Made by a program: the position numbers and the translations under genes. Shown piece by piece: positions 11,849 through 23,414 of a stretch of 64,000 nucleotides of DNA. Where the stretch lies: NCBI GenBank assembly GCA_044229145.1, contig JBGATO010000001.1:64001-128000 (forward strand). The letters run 5' to 3'. The notes beneath the pieces are model-generated. The model searched no databases, was not told where the DNA came from, and saw only the letters and a program-made list of their open reading frames with translations. Every line of letters starts with the position of its first letter. The first letter of the stretch is position 1. The DNA is from Candidatus Eiseniibacteriota bacterium (lineage in GTDB: Bacteria; Eisenbacteria; RBG-16-71-46; CAZEPH01).

Positions 11849-11877
11849 ACAGTACGGCCCCGCACGCCGCCTGTCAA
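11849..11877 (-). promoter_or_regulatory. Sigma70-type promoter for the Zn-ribbon/rnhA/rnpB unit
   Basis: TTGACA-N17-TACTGT on the minus strand. Confidence 0.6.
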
Positions 11878-12012
11878 GGCGAGCCGCGGCGATTTCGTGG
11901 CCCCTCCGCCACCGGGATCGCGTGGATCCCGGTGACAGCGCGCGTTCGCCGCGCCGCGCCGGCCCTCACGGCCGGTCCATCCGACAGCTCCCCGCTGCCA
12001 AGGAGGATCGCA

Positions 12013-13683
12013 GTGCATCCCACCCGTTTCGTGTTCGCCGCCGTCGTCGCCGTCGCGCTCGCCGCTGCCGCGCCGTGCGCCGTCCCGCCGGCGCGCGCCG
12101 TCTCCTGCGCCACCGACTGGACCTTCACCTACCAGGGTCAGATCAAGAACGGCGGCGTGCCGATGACCGGCACCGCCGACCTCATCTTCCGTCTCTACGA
12201 TGCCGCCTCGGGCGGCTCGCAGGTAGGCGTCACGCTCACCCAGAACGGCGTGGCGGTGAACGACGGCGTGTTCACCACGCGGCTCGATTTCACCAACGGC
12301 GGCGCGGTGTCCGGCGTGTTCACCGGGTGCGCGCGCTTTCTCGACATCACGGTCAACGGCACGCCGCTGACGCCGCGCCAAGAGGTCACCACGGCAGTCC
12401 CGCACGCGGCGTTCGCCGATCAGTTGAAGCTGCCGTACGCCGGCACCACCGACGCGGGATACGCGGTGCAGTTGACGAACACCGCGAACGTCGCGCAGTC
12501 GCGCACGCTGCTCGTCACCAACACCTCGCCCGACACCGGCGCGGTGGCGATCTACGGCGAAGCGAACGGCGTCACCAACTTGAACAACACCGGCGTGCTG
12601 GGCAGGTCGTGGAGCGGCAATGGCTTTGGGGTGATCGGCGACAACGTCGCGCCGACCGGCAACTGTTCCGGCGTCTACGGCACCGTTGCCAGCCCGTCGG
12701 GTGCCGGTGTGTCGGCCATCAACTACAACGCGACCGGCGCCGGCTACGGCGTCTTCGGCATGTCGAACTCTCCGTCGGGATGGGGCGGCGGCTTCCGCGG
12801 GCGCGGCTACTTCACCGGCGATCTCGGCGTCGGCGACTCGCTGCCCGGTGCGCGGCTCGACGTGCAGGGCGGCGCCGCCGGCGGCCAGGCCTTCCGCGTG
12901 AACGGCGACTTCTACGTCAACACGAACGGCTTCGTCGGCATCGGCCGGACCACGCAGATCACGAGCGCCGAGGAGTTCGGGGTGCACTCGAGCGTCACTG
13001 CGGTCAATGGCTACGGTGGCATGTACATGGAGACTGCGGGATCTACCGCGCGGCCGTTCTACGGCTACGCCACCGCGGGCCTCGCGAAGGCGTGGACCTA
13101 CTACGACGGCAACACCGCATCGTGGCGGCTCAATAACAACGGCGATCAGATCATCGTCGACACCACCCATGGCACCGGCCTCGGCCGCACGCCGGCGGCC
13201 AACAAGCTCGAAGTCGAAGGCAATGCGTCGAAGACCACCGCCGGCTCGTGGCTCGCCAACTCGGACCGCCGCATCAAGCGCGACATCCGCACGGTGACCG
13301 GCGCGCTCGAGACGCTCGACCGCGTGCGCCTCGTCGATTTCCACTACACGCCGGACTATCTCGCCGCGCACCCCACGCTGCGCGACCGCCGCTACCACAA
13401 CGTCCTCGCGCAGGAGTTCCGCGAGGTGTTCCCGGACTACGTGCAGTCCTCCGGAGAAAAACTGGCGAACGGCGAGGAGATCCTCCAGGTCGACACCTAC
13501 CCGCTCACCATCTACAGCGCCGCGGCCGTGCAGGAACTCCACGCGCAGGTGAAGGCGAAGGACGCCGAGATCATCGCGTTGCAGTCGCGGCTGGCGCGCG
13601 TCGAGGCCGCGGTGACCGCGCTGGCGACGGCGGCGGCGCAGGCCGCAACGGTGCAGCCGGCCGCACTCGTGGGAGGACGCTAG
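12013..13683 (+). CDS. Secreted tail-fibre-like protein with C-terminal peptidase S74 intramolecular chaperone domain
   Basis: AGGAGG RBS at 12001 and GTG start. Signal peptide, FTYQGQI...FRLYDAASGG domain, GVxG beta-helical repeats, VGIG motifs, SDRRIKRDI cleavage motif, AQE motif and a terminal coiled coil. Confidence 0.85.
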   Translation: MHPTRFVFAAVVAVALAAAAPCAVPPARAVSCATDWTFTYQGQIKNGGVPMTGTADLIFRLYDAASGGSQVGVTLTQNGVAVNDGVFTTRLDFTNGGAVSGVFTGCARFLDITVNGTPLTPRQEVTTAVPHAAFADQLKLPYAGTTDAGYAVQLTNTANVAQSRTLLVTNTSPDTGAVAIYGEANGVTNLNNTGVLGRSWSGNGFGVIGDNVAPTGNCSGVYGTVASPSGAGVSAINYNATGAGYGVFGMSNSPSGWGGGFRGRGYFTGDLGVGDSLPGARLDVQGGAAGGQAFRVNGDFYVNTNGFVGIGRTTQITSAEEFGVHSSVTAVNGYGGMYMETAGSTARPFYGYATAGLAKAWTYYDGNTASWRLNNNGDQIIVDTTHGTGLGRTPAANKLEVEGNASKTTAGSWLANSDRRIKRDIRTVTGALETLDRVRLVDFHYTPDYLAAHPTLRDRRYHNVLAQEFREVFPDYVQSSGEKLANGEEILQVDTYPLTIYSAAAVQELHAQVKAKDAEIIALQSRLARVEAAVTALATAAAQAATVQPAALVGGR

Positions 13684-13684
13684 G

Positions 13685-14248
13685 ATGCGGGACCTCCTGC
13701 GCGGAGCCGCGCTGACGGCCTGCGCGATGCTCGCGGCGAGCGTCGCGTGGGCGCAGACCGGCGGCTCATTCGATCTCAGCTGGAATACGCTCGATGGCGG
13801 AGGCGGGCGTTCGGGCGGTGGAAGTTTCGAACTGGTCGGCACCGTCGGTCAGATCGATGCGGGCACCCACCTCGGTGGTGGCTCGGCGATGCTCGGAGGC
13901 TTCTGGAAGGGCGGAAGCGCGCTCGGCACCACGGCAATCGGCGACGACCCCGCGTCGACCGCGCTCCCCCGTGCCTTCGCAGTGCGCGGCGCGGCCCCGA
14001 ATCCGTTCGCGGCGGCGACGCAGGTGCGCTTCGACCTGCCGGACGCGCGACCGGTGCGGGTGAACGTCTACGACGTGCGCGGCGCGCTCGTCCGCACCGT
14101 GACGGACAGACAGTACGCTGCCGGCCGGCACGCGGTGCGGTGGGACGGCCGTGACGCGCAGCAGCGCTCGGTCGCGCCGGGCGTCTACTTGGTCCGCGTG
14201 TGTGCCGGCGCGGATCGACGGGAAGCGCGGCTGGTCCGCATTCCCTGA
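13685..14248 (+). CDS. Small secreted Gly-rich protein with a C-terminal FlgD-Ig/T9SS-like sorting domain
   Basis: Signal peptide (AWA), FDLSWNTLDGGGG...GTVGQ...GGFW domain, then PNPF...VYDVRGALVR...WDGRD...PGVYLVR. Confidence 0.82.
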   Translation: MRDLLRGAALTACAMLAASVAWAQTGGSFDLSWNTLDGGGGRSGGGSFELVGTVGQIDAGTHLGGGSAMLGGFWKGGSALGTTAIGDDPASTALPRAFAVRGAAPNPFAAATQVRFDLPDARPVRVNVYDVRGALVRTVTDRQYAAGRHAVRWDGRDAQQRSVAPGVYLVRVCAGADRREARLVRIP

Positions 14249-14267
14249 GACGACGCCGCGCCCTCGC

Positions 14268-14300
14268 ACACCCCGGGACGTCCGCGACGTCTCGGGGTGT
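14268..14300. terminator. Hairpin between convergent genes
   Basis: ACACCCCGGGACGT-CCGCG-ACGTCTCGGGGTGT, a 14-bp stem with one G-U pair. Confidence 0.6.
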
Positions 14301-14306
14301 CGCGCA

Positions 14307-16979
14307 TCAGCGGCCGCGGGCCGCTACCGCGCTGGCCTCCGCGCTGCGGCCGTGCCGGCGCAAGAACTCCGCATACGCGACGAAGAACCCGGCGCGGCGC
14401 AAGTGCGAGCGCACCAGCGGTGCCGTGGCACCCGCGTCGATCAGGGCGAAGCGCCGCGCCGCCTCCGCCTCGCGTCCCGATGCCTCCGCGACGCGCGCCA
14501 AGGTCCACTGTGCCTGCGCGCCGTCGGCCGTCCGCACTACAGAATCCTCGTCCAGACACCGCAGCGCGAGGGTCGCGTAGCGCGCCGCCTTCGCGGCCTC
14601 GCCGCACGCGCCGGCGATGGCCGACGCATTCGCGTACGTGACGCCAAGCCCGAGGCTATCCCGCACCGGCGGCGCGCTCAAGACCGCGACCGCCTGCTCG
14701 GTGTAGCGCAGGGCCGCGCGTTCGTCCCCCATGTCGTAGAGAATCCCCGCAAGGTTGTCGGCAACCTTCGCGGTGGTCGGATGCGACGGCCCCAGGATGG
14801 TGCGAAAGCGCTCGAGGGCACGCATCTCGACGGCATGTGCGTCCGCATAGCGCTTGGCACGCCGGTATCCGAGCCCGAGATCGGCCAACGCCTCCGCGGT
14901 GTCGATGTGATCGGGACCGAGGCGCGCGAGGCAGAGGTCGCGCGCACGCTCGAGATCACGCACGGCGCCATCGACATCGTCGAGATCGAGCTTCGCGGTG
15001 CCGAGCAGCGCAAGGTCGGACGCCAAGTTGACATCACGCGGCCCGTCGAGCCGCTCGCGCGTCCGGATGCAACGCTGCAGCAACTCCACCGCGCGCGGCG
15101 TCTCGCCGGTCTGCTGCAACAGCAGCCCGTAGTTGAACAGGATGCCGGTGGCCTCGCTGGAATCGAGCCGGCTCGCAGTGGAGAGGATGTCGTAGCCGCG
15201 TTGGTAGAGGCGGCGCGCGCCATCGTAGTCGCCGGTCTCTTGCTCGAGATTCGCCAACCCGACGATCGCCGTCACGACGCCCGTATCCGACACGCCGTAG
15301 AGCGTCTCGCGGATGCGCAGCGCGCTTTCGTAGTGGGGACGCGCGGCGTCGAATTCGCCCAGACGGCGCAGCAGAGACGCCAGCGCGAGTTCGCTGCGCG
15401 CGACGTCGAGGTGGATGCCGCCGTAGACTTGGCGGCGCGTCGCCAGCGCTTGTTCGAGCAACGGGCGCGCCTCCCGGTACAGGCCGAGACCGCGATACAC
15501 CGTCCCCATGGTGGCCAGCAATCGGGCGCGCACTTCCGGTTCGTCGTGCAACTCGGTGCGGATCTTCGCCACGCCGGCGTCGAGGACTTCCCGCGCGGTC
15601 ACGGAGTTGCCGCGTTCCTCGCTGGGATCGCTCACGCGGTACATGCCTTCGAGGAAGGTGGTGACGCGTTCGGCCGTGGCGGAGGTGCGGCGCGCTGCCT
15701 CCGCCGCATGGCGCGCCTTGACCCACAGCGTCAGGGTCGCCGCGATCCCCCCGACCAGCGTGACGAACAGTGCGAGCGTCAACACGGTGGCCGCGCGATG
15801 ACGCGACGCCAGCTTGCGCAAGTGATAGAACGCCGTCGCCGGACGTGCCTCGATCGGCCGCTGCGTACGAAACCGCACGATGTCGTCGGCAAGGGCGGCC
15901 ACGCTCGCATAGCGCCGCTCGGGTTCTTTCTCGAGCGCCTTGAGCACGATCGTCTCGAGGTCGCCGGCGAGCGCGCGCACGCACTCGCTCGGGCGTCGCG
16001 GCGGCGTCTCGACAATCGCCCGCAGCGCGTGCGGCAATCCGACGCCGCGCACCGGCGTCGGCAGGTCGTCGGTCAGCATCTCGTAGAGCAGCACGCCGAG
16101 CGCGTACACGTCGCAGCGCACATCGATCTCGTCGACCGCTCCGCGCGCCTGCTCAGGGCTCATGTACGCCGGCGTGCCGAGGACCGCGCCCGCCGCGGTG
16201 AGGTGCGTCCGGTCCCCTGCATCATCCTCGATCAACCGGGCGATGCCGAAGTCGAGCACTTTGACGCGCGGAGGCGCTCCCGCCTCCTGCGTCACCATCA
16301 CGTTGGCCGGCTTGAGATCGCGGTGGATGACCCCGCGCTGATGCGCGTACTGCACCGCCTCGCACACTGCGGCGAAGAGATCGAGCCGCTGCGCGAGTCC
16401 GCGCTCCAGCGCGTCGCCAAGCGGCGGCAGCGCCCGGACGTACGCATCGAGCGGCACGCCCTCGACGTACTCGAGCGCGAAGTACGGATCGCCACCGGGC
16501 GTGGTGCCGGCCGCATGGATCTGTGCGATGCCGGGATGCCGCAAGCGCGCCAGACTTTCGATCTCGCGCTGAAACATCCGCACGCGCTGCGGATCGCCGT
16601 GGCCCGCGTTCTCGAGGACCTTGAGCGCGACGGTCCGTGCCGGTGCGTGTTGCGTCGCTTCGTAGACGGCTGCCATGCCGCCGCGCGCCACCAGACGCAC
16701 GATCGTGTACTCGCCGAGCCGTGTGCCCGCCGGCAATCCGTCGGGCGCCGGATCGACTGCCGCGACCAAGGCCGCCGCGTGGATGCCGGCCGCGTCGTCG
16801 AGAAAGCTGCCGGTGTCGGTCACCGCATCGTGCGCCGCGAGCAGCGAGGCGACCTCCGCGCGCAGGCCGCCGTCCCCGCCGCACGCCTCATCCAGCGCCG
16901 CGGCGCGATCCGCCAGGGGACGCTCCGCAAGGTCTTCCACCAGCGCGCGCACGCGCGCCCAGCGCGCCGCGTCACTCAC
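14307..16979 (-). CDS. Membrane-anchored Hanks-type Ser/Thr kinase with C-terminal TPR repeats
   Basis: RGGMAAVY, VALK, HRDLKPAN, DFG, GTPAYMSPEQ, one TM helix, then TPRs. GTG start overlaps the ECF stop. Confidence 0.93.
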   Translation of the reverse strand: MSDAARWARVRALVEDLAERPLADRAAALDEACGGDGGLRAEVASLLAAHDAVTDTGSFLDDAAGIHAAALVAAVDPAPDGLPAGTRLGEYTIVRLVARGGMAAVYEATQHAPARTVALKVLENAGHGDPQRVRMFQREIESLARLRHPGIAQIHAAGTTPGGDPYFALEYVEGVPLDAYVRALPPLGDALERGLAQRLDLFAAVCEAVQYAHQRGVIHRDLKPANVMVTQEAGAPPRVKVLDFGIARLIEDDAGDRTHLTAAGAVLGTPAYMSPEQARGAVDEIDVRCDVYALGVLLYEMLTDDLPTPVRGVGLPHALRAIVETPPRRPSECVRALAGDLETIVLKALEKEPERRYASVAALADDIVRFRTQRPIEARPATAFYHLRKLASRHRAATVLTLALFVTLVGGIAATLTLWVKARHAAEAARRTSATAERVTTFLEGMYRVSDPSEERGNSVTAREVLDAGVAKIRTELHDEPEVRARLLATMGTVYRGLGLYREARPLLEQALATRRQVYGGIHLDVARSELALASLLRRLGEFDAARPHYESALRIRETLYGVSDTGVVTAIVGLANLEQETGDYDGARRLYQRGYDILSTASRLDSSEATGILFNYGLLLQQTGETPRAVELLQRCIRTRERLDGPRDVNLASDLALLGTAKLDLDDVDGAVRDLERARDLCLARLGPDHIDTAEALADLGLGYRRAKRYADAHAVEMRALERFRTILGPSHPTTAKVADNLAGILYDMGDERAALRYTEQAVAVLSAPPVRDSLGLGVTYANASAIAGACGEAAKAARYATLALRCLDEDSVVRTADGAQAQWTLARVAEASGREAEAARRFALIDAGATAPLVRSHLRRAGFFVAYAEFLRRHGRSAEASAVAARGR

Positions 16980-17572
16980 GAGGCCGCTCCGTGCAACTCG
17001 CGATGCAGATAGGTGCGGGCGAACTGCCAATCGCGCTTCACGGTGCGTTCGCCGATCCCGAGCGCCTGCGCCGTTTCCTCCACCGACAGGCCGGCAAAGA
17101 AGCGCAATTCCACGACCTGTGCCAGACGCGGGTCGCGCTCCGCCAGACGCGCCAGCGCCTCGTCGAGCGCCAGCAACTCCGCCGCGCGCTCCTCCACCGG
17201 GATCTCGACATCCTCGAGCGTCACGCGCTGCGCGCCCGCGCCCCGTTTCTCGGCGAGAAAGCGTCGGGCGTAGGAGACCAGGATCTGCCGCATGGCCAGC
17301 GCCGCCACCGCGAAGAAGTGCCCGCGATCCTCCCACCGCACCGATTCGTGGCGCACCAGCTTGAGATACGCCTCGTGGACGATGGCGGTGGTGCGCAACG
17401 TCGCGCCGTGCGGCGTGCGCCGCAACTGGCCATGCGCGATGCGCCGCAACTCGGCATAGACCGCGGCGAACACGGCGTCCACGGCCGCGCGCTCGCCTTC
17501 ACGCGCCGCGGCGAGCAGCAGCGTGACGTCAGGTGTCGCGGGAGCGGGATCCGGCGGACGTTCGGCGGGCAT
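16976..17572 (-). CDS. ECF sigma factor, kinase-associated type (ECF43/TIGR02999-like)
   Basis: YAELRRIA, TLRTTAIVHEAYLKL, VELRFFAGLSVEETA, RTVKRDWQFAR. Confidence 0.92.
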   Translation of the reverse strand: MPAERPPDPAPATPDVTLLLAAAREGERAAVDAVFAAVYAELRRIAHGQLRRTPHGATLRTTAIVHEAYLKLVRHESVRWEDRGHFFAVAALAMRQILVSYARRFLAEKRGAGAQRVTLEDVEIPVEERAAELLALDEALARLAERDPRLAQVVELRFFAGLSVEETAQALGIGERTVKRDWQFARTYLHRELHGAAS

Positions 17573-17643
17573 GCGCGCAGGATACCCCAGCCGGGCGGAA
17601 ACGCGAACGGCGAGCCGGCCGCATGGCCGACTCGCCGTCACGA

Positions 17644-17719
17644 TGGTGGGCGAAACAGGGCTCGAACCTGTGACCCCCAGGTTGTGATCCTGGTGCTCTA
17701 CCAGCTGAGCTATTCGCCC
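17644..17719 (-). tRNA. tRNA-Val(CAC)
   Basis: Cloverleaf GGGCGAA...CCAGG-ATCACAA-CCTGG...TTCGAGC...TTCGCCC-ACCA, 76 nt. Confidence 0.93.
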
Positions 17720-17760
17720 AAATCGCTCGTGCGTCACGTTCGCTCGCGGTTGCGGCCCGG

Positions 17761-17836
17761 TGGTGGGCCCACCTGGATTCGAACCAGGGACCAACCGGTT
17801 ATGAGCCGGCTGCTCTCACCGCTGAGCTATGGGCCC
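17761..17836 (-). tRNA. tRNA with CAT anticodon, most likely tRNA-Ile2 (lysidine-modified)
   Basis: GGGCCCA acceptor stem, GCCGG-CTCATAA-CCGGT anticodon arm, ACCA end. Lacks initiator features and sits near rpoD like ileX. Confidence 0.88.
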
Positions 17837-17882
17837 CGACCCGCTGGAAATCGCGAAGCCCCGCACGCACAACAGGGGCGGA

Positions 17883-17911
17883 ACCATACCGGGCGACGGC
17901 TCCGCCGTCAA
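17883..17911 (-). promoter_or_regulatory. Sigma70-type promoter for the tRNA pair
   Basis: TTGACG-N17-TATGGT on the minus strand. Confidence 0.6.
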
Positions 17912-18017
17912 CACTTGTCGTCGTCACGAGGCCATGGCAGCACCATTGGGCTCCGCACTGGCCTGTGATAGTGTGATCCCGTCTCGCTTCCCGCTACCGT
18001 TCGCTCGCGAGGATGCC

Positions 18018-19244
18018 ATGCGTCTTACGGACCTGCGGATCCCCCTTCTGTTGGCGTCGTACCTGGCCGGCATCGCGGCTCCCGCCGCGGCCGACGACCT
18101 CGCCGTCCTTCTCGGGCACACCTGGACGCGCGCCGAACTGCTCGCGCCGCCGCAGCCCGGCAGTCCCCTGCGCTTGCAAACCGGCCACTGCTTCACGATC
18201 ACCGTGCCCTATGCGCATCGCACGCGCGGCGCCTGGGGCTGGAGCACTGCGATCACAATGTTCCATCCCGACTACGACGGCCGTGCGGTGCCGACCGTGG
18301 AGATTCCGCTGTCAGTGCGCTGGACCGGCACGACGGGCGCGGTGCAGCCGTACGTCGAAGCAGGCCCGGCGCTGTCGTGGGGCGCCGGCATGTCGACCGG
18401 CCACGAACACACGGTCGAATGGTCGGCATCGCTCGATGCCTGCGCCGGCATCACGGCGCCACTCGGCGATGAGCACGTCACTCTCGCCGTCCGCACGGTC
18501 AATCGCCCGCAGGACGGCATGTGGGCGCGACGCGTCGCGCTGCAAGCCGGCGTCACACCTCGCGTGCTCGGCGCCGGCGCACGTGGTCCCGATGGTGAAC
18601 CGTTGCGCCCGCCGCGTCTTGGACGCGACGGCTCACTATTCGAGGGCGGCGGCCTCCGCGCGGGTCGGCTCGAGTTCACCGCGCTCACCGGCGGCATCAC
18701 GCGCGGACACGAAGTGACCGGCTTCAGCTACGGCGGTCACGCCGTCCGCTCGACGTCCTCGCGCTTTTCCGGCGCCGCCGGCGGGGCCACGCTCTCGTAC
18801 GGCGGCGAGATGGCGCTTCGGATCTCCGCACTCTACGTGACGGAACACGCGACCTACGATCACGTGGTCGATGGCGTGCAAGTCGCGTCGTCACGGGCGT
18901 CGTGCAGCGCCATCACGGTGCCGGTGCAGTTCCAACTCTCGCCGTTCACCGGCGCGGTGCGGCCATACATGGCGATTGGCCCGGCGATGACATTCCGGCG
19001 TACGCGCGAGGCACGGCTGTCGGACGAGGAGCTGTTCGCGTCGGTCACCGGGACCGCGCCGTGCTGCCCGAATCCTCGCAATGGTGTGCGCGTCTCGCTC
19101 GGCGCGTTGCTGCACCCGACGGCCGGCGTCGAGGCGCGCGTGGGCGGACTGCATCTCCGCGCCGAAGCGCGAGCCATTGCCAGCCCGCTCGACGACCGCG
19201 CGACATCCTTCGTGTATCTCGCGGGCATTCGCCTCGCGCCGTAG
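18018..19244 (+). CDS. Exported protein with two tandem outer-membrane beta-barrel-like domains
   Basis: Signal peptide. Internal repeat TVEIPLSVRW..TGAVQPYVEAGPALSW versus AITVPVQFQL..TGAVRPYMAIGPAMTF. Confidence 0.65.
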   Translation: MRLTDLRIPLLLASYLAGIAAPAAADDLAVLLGHTWTRAELLAPPQPGSPLRLQTGHCFTITVPYAHRTRGAWGWSTAITMFHPDYDGRAVPTVEIPLSVRWTGTTGAVQPYVEAGPALSWGAGMSTGHEHTVEWSASLDACAGITAPLGDEHVTLAVRTVNRPQDGMWARRVALQAGVTPRVLGAGARGPDGEPLRPPRLGRDGSLFEGGGLRAGRLEFTALTGGITRGHEVTGFSYGGHAVRSTSSRFSGAAGGATLSYGGEMALRISALYVTEHATYDHVVDGVQVASSRASCSAITVPVQFQLSPFTGAVRPYMAIGPAMTFRRTREARLSDEELFASVTGTAPCCPNPRNGVRVSLGALLHPTAGVEARVGGLHLRAEARAIASPLDDRATSFVYLAGIRLAP

Positions 19245-19266
19245 CGCGGCGGTGCAAGACGTGCAA

Positions 19267-19296
19267 CGGGGCGAGGTCCACGCGGACCCCGCCCCG
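19267..19296. terminator. Hairpin between the convergent OMP-like gene and rpoD
   Basis: CGGGGCG-A-GGTCC-ACGC-GGACC-C-CGCCCCG followed by ATTT. Confidence 0.55.
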
Positions 19297-19322
19297 ATTT
19301 CGTCCTGCGTCTCGCCGCGCGC

Positions 19323-21581
<2,259 letters not shown>

Positions 21582-21668
21582 GGAAATCCTCGAATCCCAT
21601 CCTGTCGGCACCCGGCGTCCCGGGTGCGAGCGCTCCAGTGTGCACGGGGCGAACCCCGGCGTCACGCA

Positions 21669-23414
21669 TCAATCGCGGCGCAGGGCCGCGTCCAGGGTCT
21701 GCAGCTGTCCGAGCAGCGCGGCTCTGTCGGCCTCGGGTGCGCCGTGCTCGGTCAAGCGTTGCAGTTCCTGCAAGAGTTCCTGCACGCGCCGCTTCGCGTA
21801 GTCGCGATGCAGCAACGGCAGCACTTCGCCCATCTCGCGACGGGCTTCGTCGAGTCCCACCGACTCGCCCTCGATGGTCAAACGACTGACCAGCGCGAGC
21901 ATGTCGGCCGGCGGTTCGCCGCCGTCGTGAAGCCACTGCCGGATCGCCCGCAGCTCCGGCGAGACGAATGCCTCGGCCGGCAGCGAATGGACGACATCCC
22001 ACGCCAGGTCGTGGTGCACGATCGCCAGCGCCAGCACGCGCTCCTTGCGGCCGCGCTGCGGTTCCGTCGCGGCCACCGGCGCCGCCTGAGCGTCCGGTGC
22101 GCTCTGCGCGGCGGTCCGCGGAGCCCGTACCGCGCGCCCCTCCTCGCGGCGCGCTCGTTCGACGCCTTCGAGCAGCACGTCCACCGGGAGCTTCAGCAGC
22201 GACGCGGCATCTTCCGCCAGCGCCCGGCGCCGCAGCTCGTCGTCGAGCAGCCCGACGAACGCAGCCGCCCGTTCGATGCGCGCACTCGGCGGATCGGATG
22301 CAGCGTCGCGGCCGGCACCGTCGATCACCCAGCGCATCGCGTCGCTGGCGTCGCGCAGCACCTGCTCGGCGCCGCGCGCGCCGTGGCGCTGCACGAACGA
22401 ATCGGGATCTTCGCCGTCGGGAAAGCGCGCGATGCGGACGTGAAACCCGCGATCGAGCAAGATCCCCGCCGTGCGCCGCGCCGCCGTCTGGCCCGCGGTG
22501 TCGGCGTCGTACGCCAGCACGACCTTGCGCACCAAGCGGCCGAGCGCCTCGGCGTGCTGTGGCGTGAACGCGGTCCCGCACGCGGCCACCACGTTCTTCA
22601 CCCCCGCCTGATACAGCGACAGCAGATCCGTGTAGCCTTCGACCAGCACGGCCTCCGCCGCCTCGCGCATCGGCTGCAAGGCGAACGGCAGGCCGTAGAG
22701 CACCTTGCCCTTGTGATACAGCGGCGTCTCCGGCGAATTCAGGTACTTCGGCCCGGGGTGCTCGCGTGCCATCGCGCGCGCGCCGTGCCCGATCACCCGG
22801 CCGCCGGCGTCCAGCACCGGAAACACCAGACGATCGCGAAAGCGGTCGTACACCCGGCCGTCGTCCGCGCGCCCCGCGAGGCCGACCGTGACGAGCTGGT
22901 CGACCAGCGCCGGCGCCTTCGTCGCCAGCATGTTGCGTGTGCGCGGCGCGTAGCCGAGCCGGAACAGCCGCGCCGTCTCCGGCGCGATGCCGCGCGTTTC
23001 GAGGTACGTGCGCGTCGCGGCGCCCCACTCGGGATGCGCCAGACACTTCTCGTACAGCACCGTCGCGCGTTCCAGCACCTCGGCGAGCTTGCCGCGTTCG
23101 CCGCGTTCGCCGCCGCTGCGCTCCGGCAGCGTGATGCCGGCGCGGTCCGCCAGCCGCCGCAGCGCCTCCGGGAACGTCAGCCCTTCGGCCTGCATGACGA
23201 AACGGAAGATGTCGCCGCCGGCGCCGCAGCCGAAGCAGTGGAACACCTGCCGCGTCGGGCTCACCGTGAACGACGGCGACTTCTCGCTGTGGAACGGACA
23301 CAGCCCGACCATGTTCGAGCCGCTGCGCCGCAGCGCCACGCTCTCGCCGATCACCTGCACGATGTCGACCGCGTCGCGGACCTGTTCGACCGCCTCGTCG
23401 CGTCCGACCGCCAT
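21669..23414 (-). CDS. dnaG: DNA primase
   Basis: CPFHSEKSPSF...HCFGC zinc finger, KYLNSPET, VEGYTD, YDADTAG Toprim motifs. Confidence 0.96.
   Translation of the reverse strand: MAVGRDEAVEQVRDAVDIVQVIGESVALRRSGSNMVGLCPFHSEKSPSFTVSPTRQVFHCFGCGAGGDIFRFVMQAEGLTFPEALRRLADRAGITLPERSGGERGERGKLAEVLERATVLYEKCLAHPEWGAATRTYLETRGIAPETARLFRLGYAPRTRNMLATKAPALVDQLVTVGLAGRADDGRVYDRFRDRLVFPVLDAGGRVIGHGARAMAREHPGPKYLNSPETPLYHKGKVLYGLPFALQPMREAAEAVLVEGYTDLLSLYQAGVKNVVAACGTAFTPQHAEALGRLVRKVVLAYDADTAGQTAARRTAGILLDRGFHVRIARFPDGEDPDSFVQRHGARGAEQVLRDASDAMRWVIDGAGRDAASDPPSARIERAAAFVGLLDDELRRRALAEDAASLLKLPVDVLLEGVERARREEGRAVRAPRTAAQSAPDAQAAPVAATEPQRGRKERVLALAIVHHDLAWDVVHSLPAEAFVSPELRAIRQWLHDGGEPPADMLALVSRLTIEGESVGLDEARREMGEVLPLLHRDYAKRRVQELLQELQRLTEHGAPEADRAALLGQLQTLDAALRRD

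Noticed and set aside
11900..17720. Prophage or integrative element at tRNA-Val
   Set aside because: There is no integrase, no capsid or terminase gene, and I found no duplicated tRNA 3' end. The fibre gene has a signal peptide.
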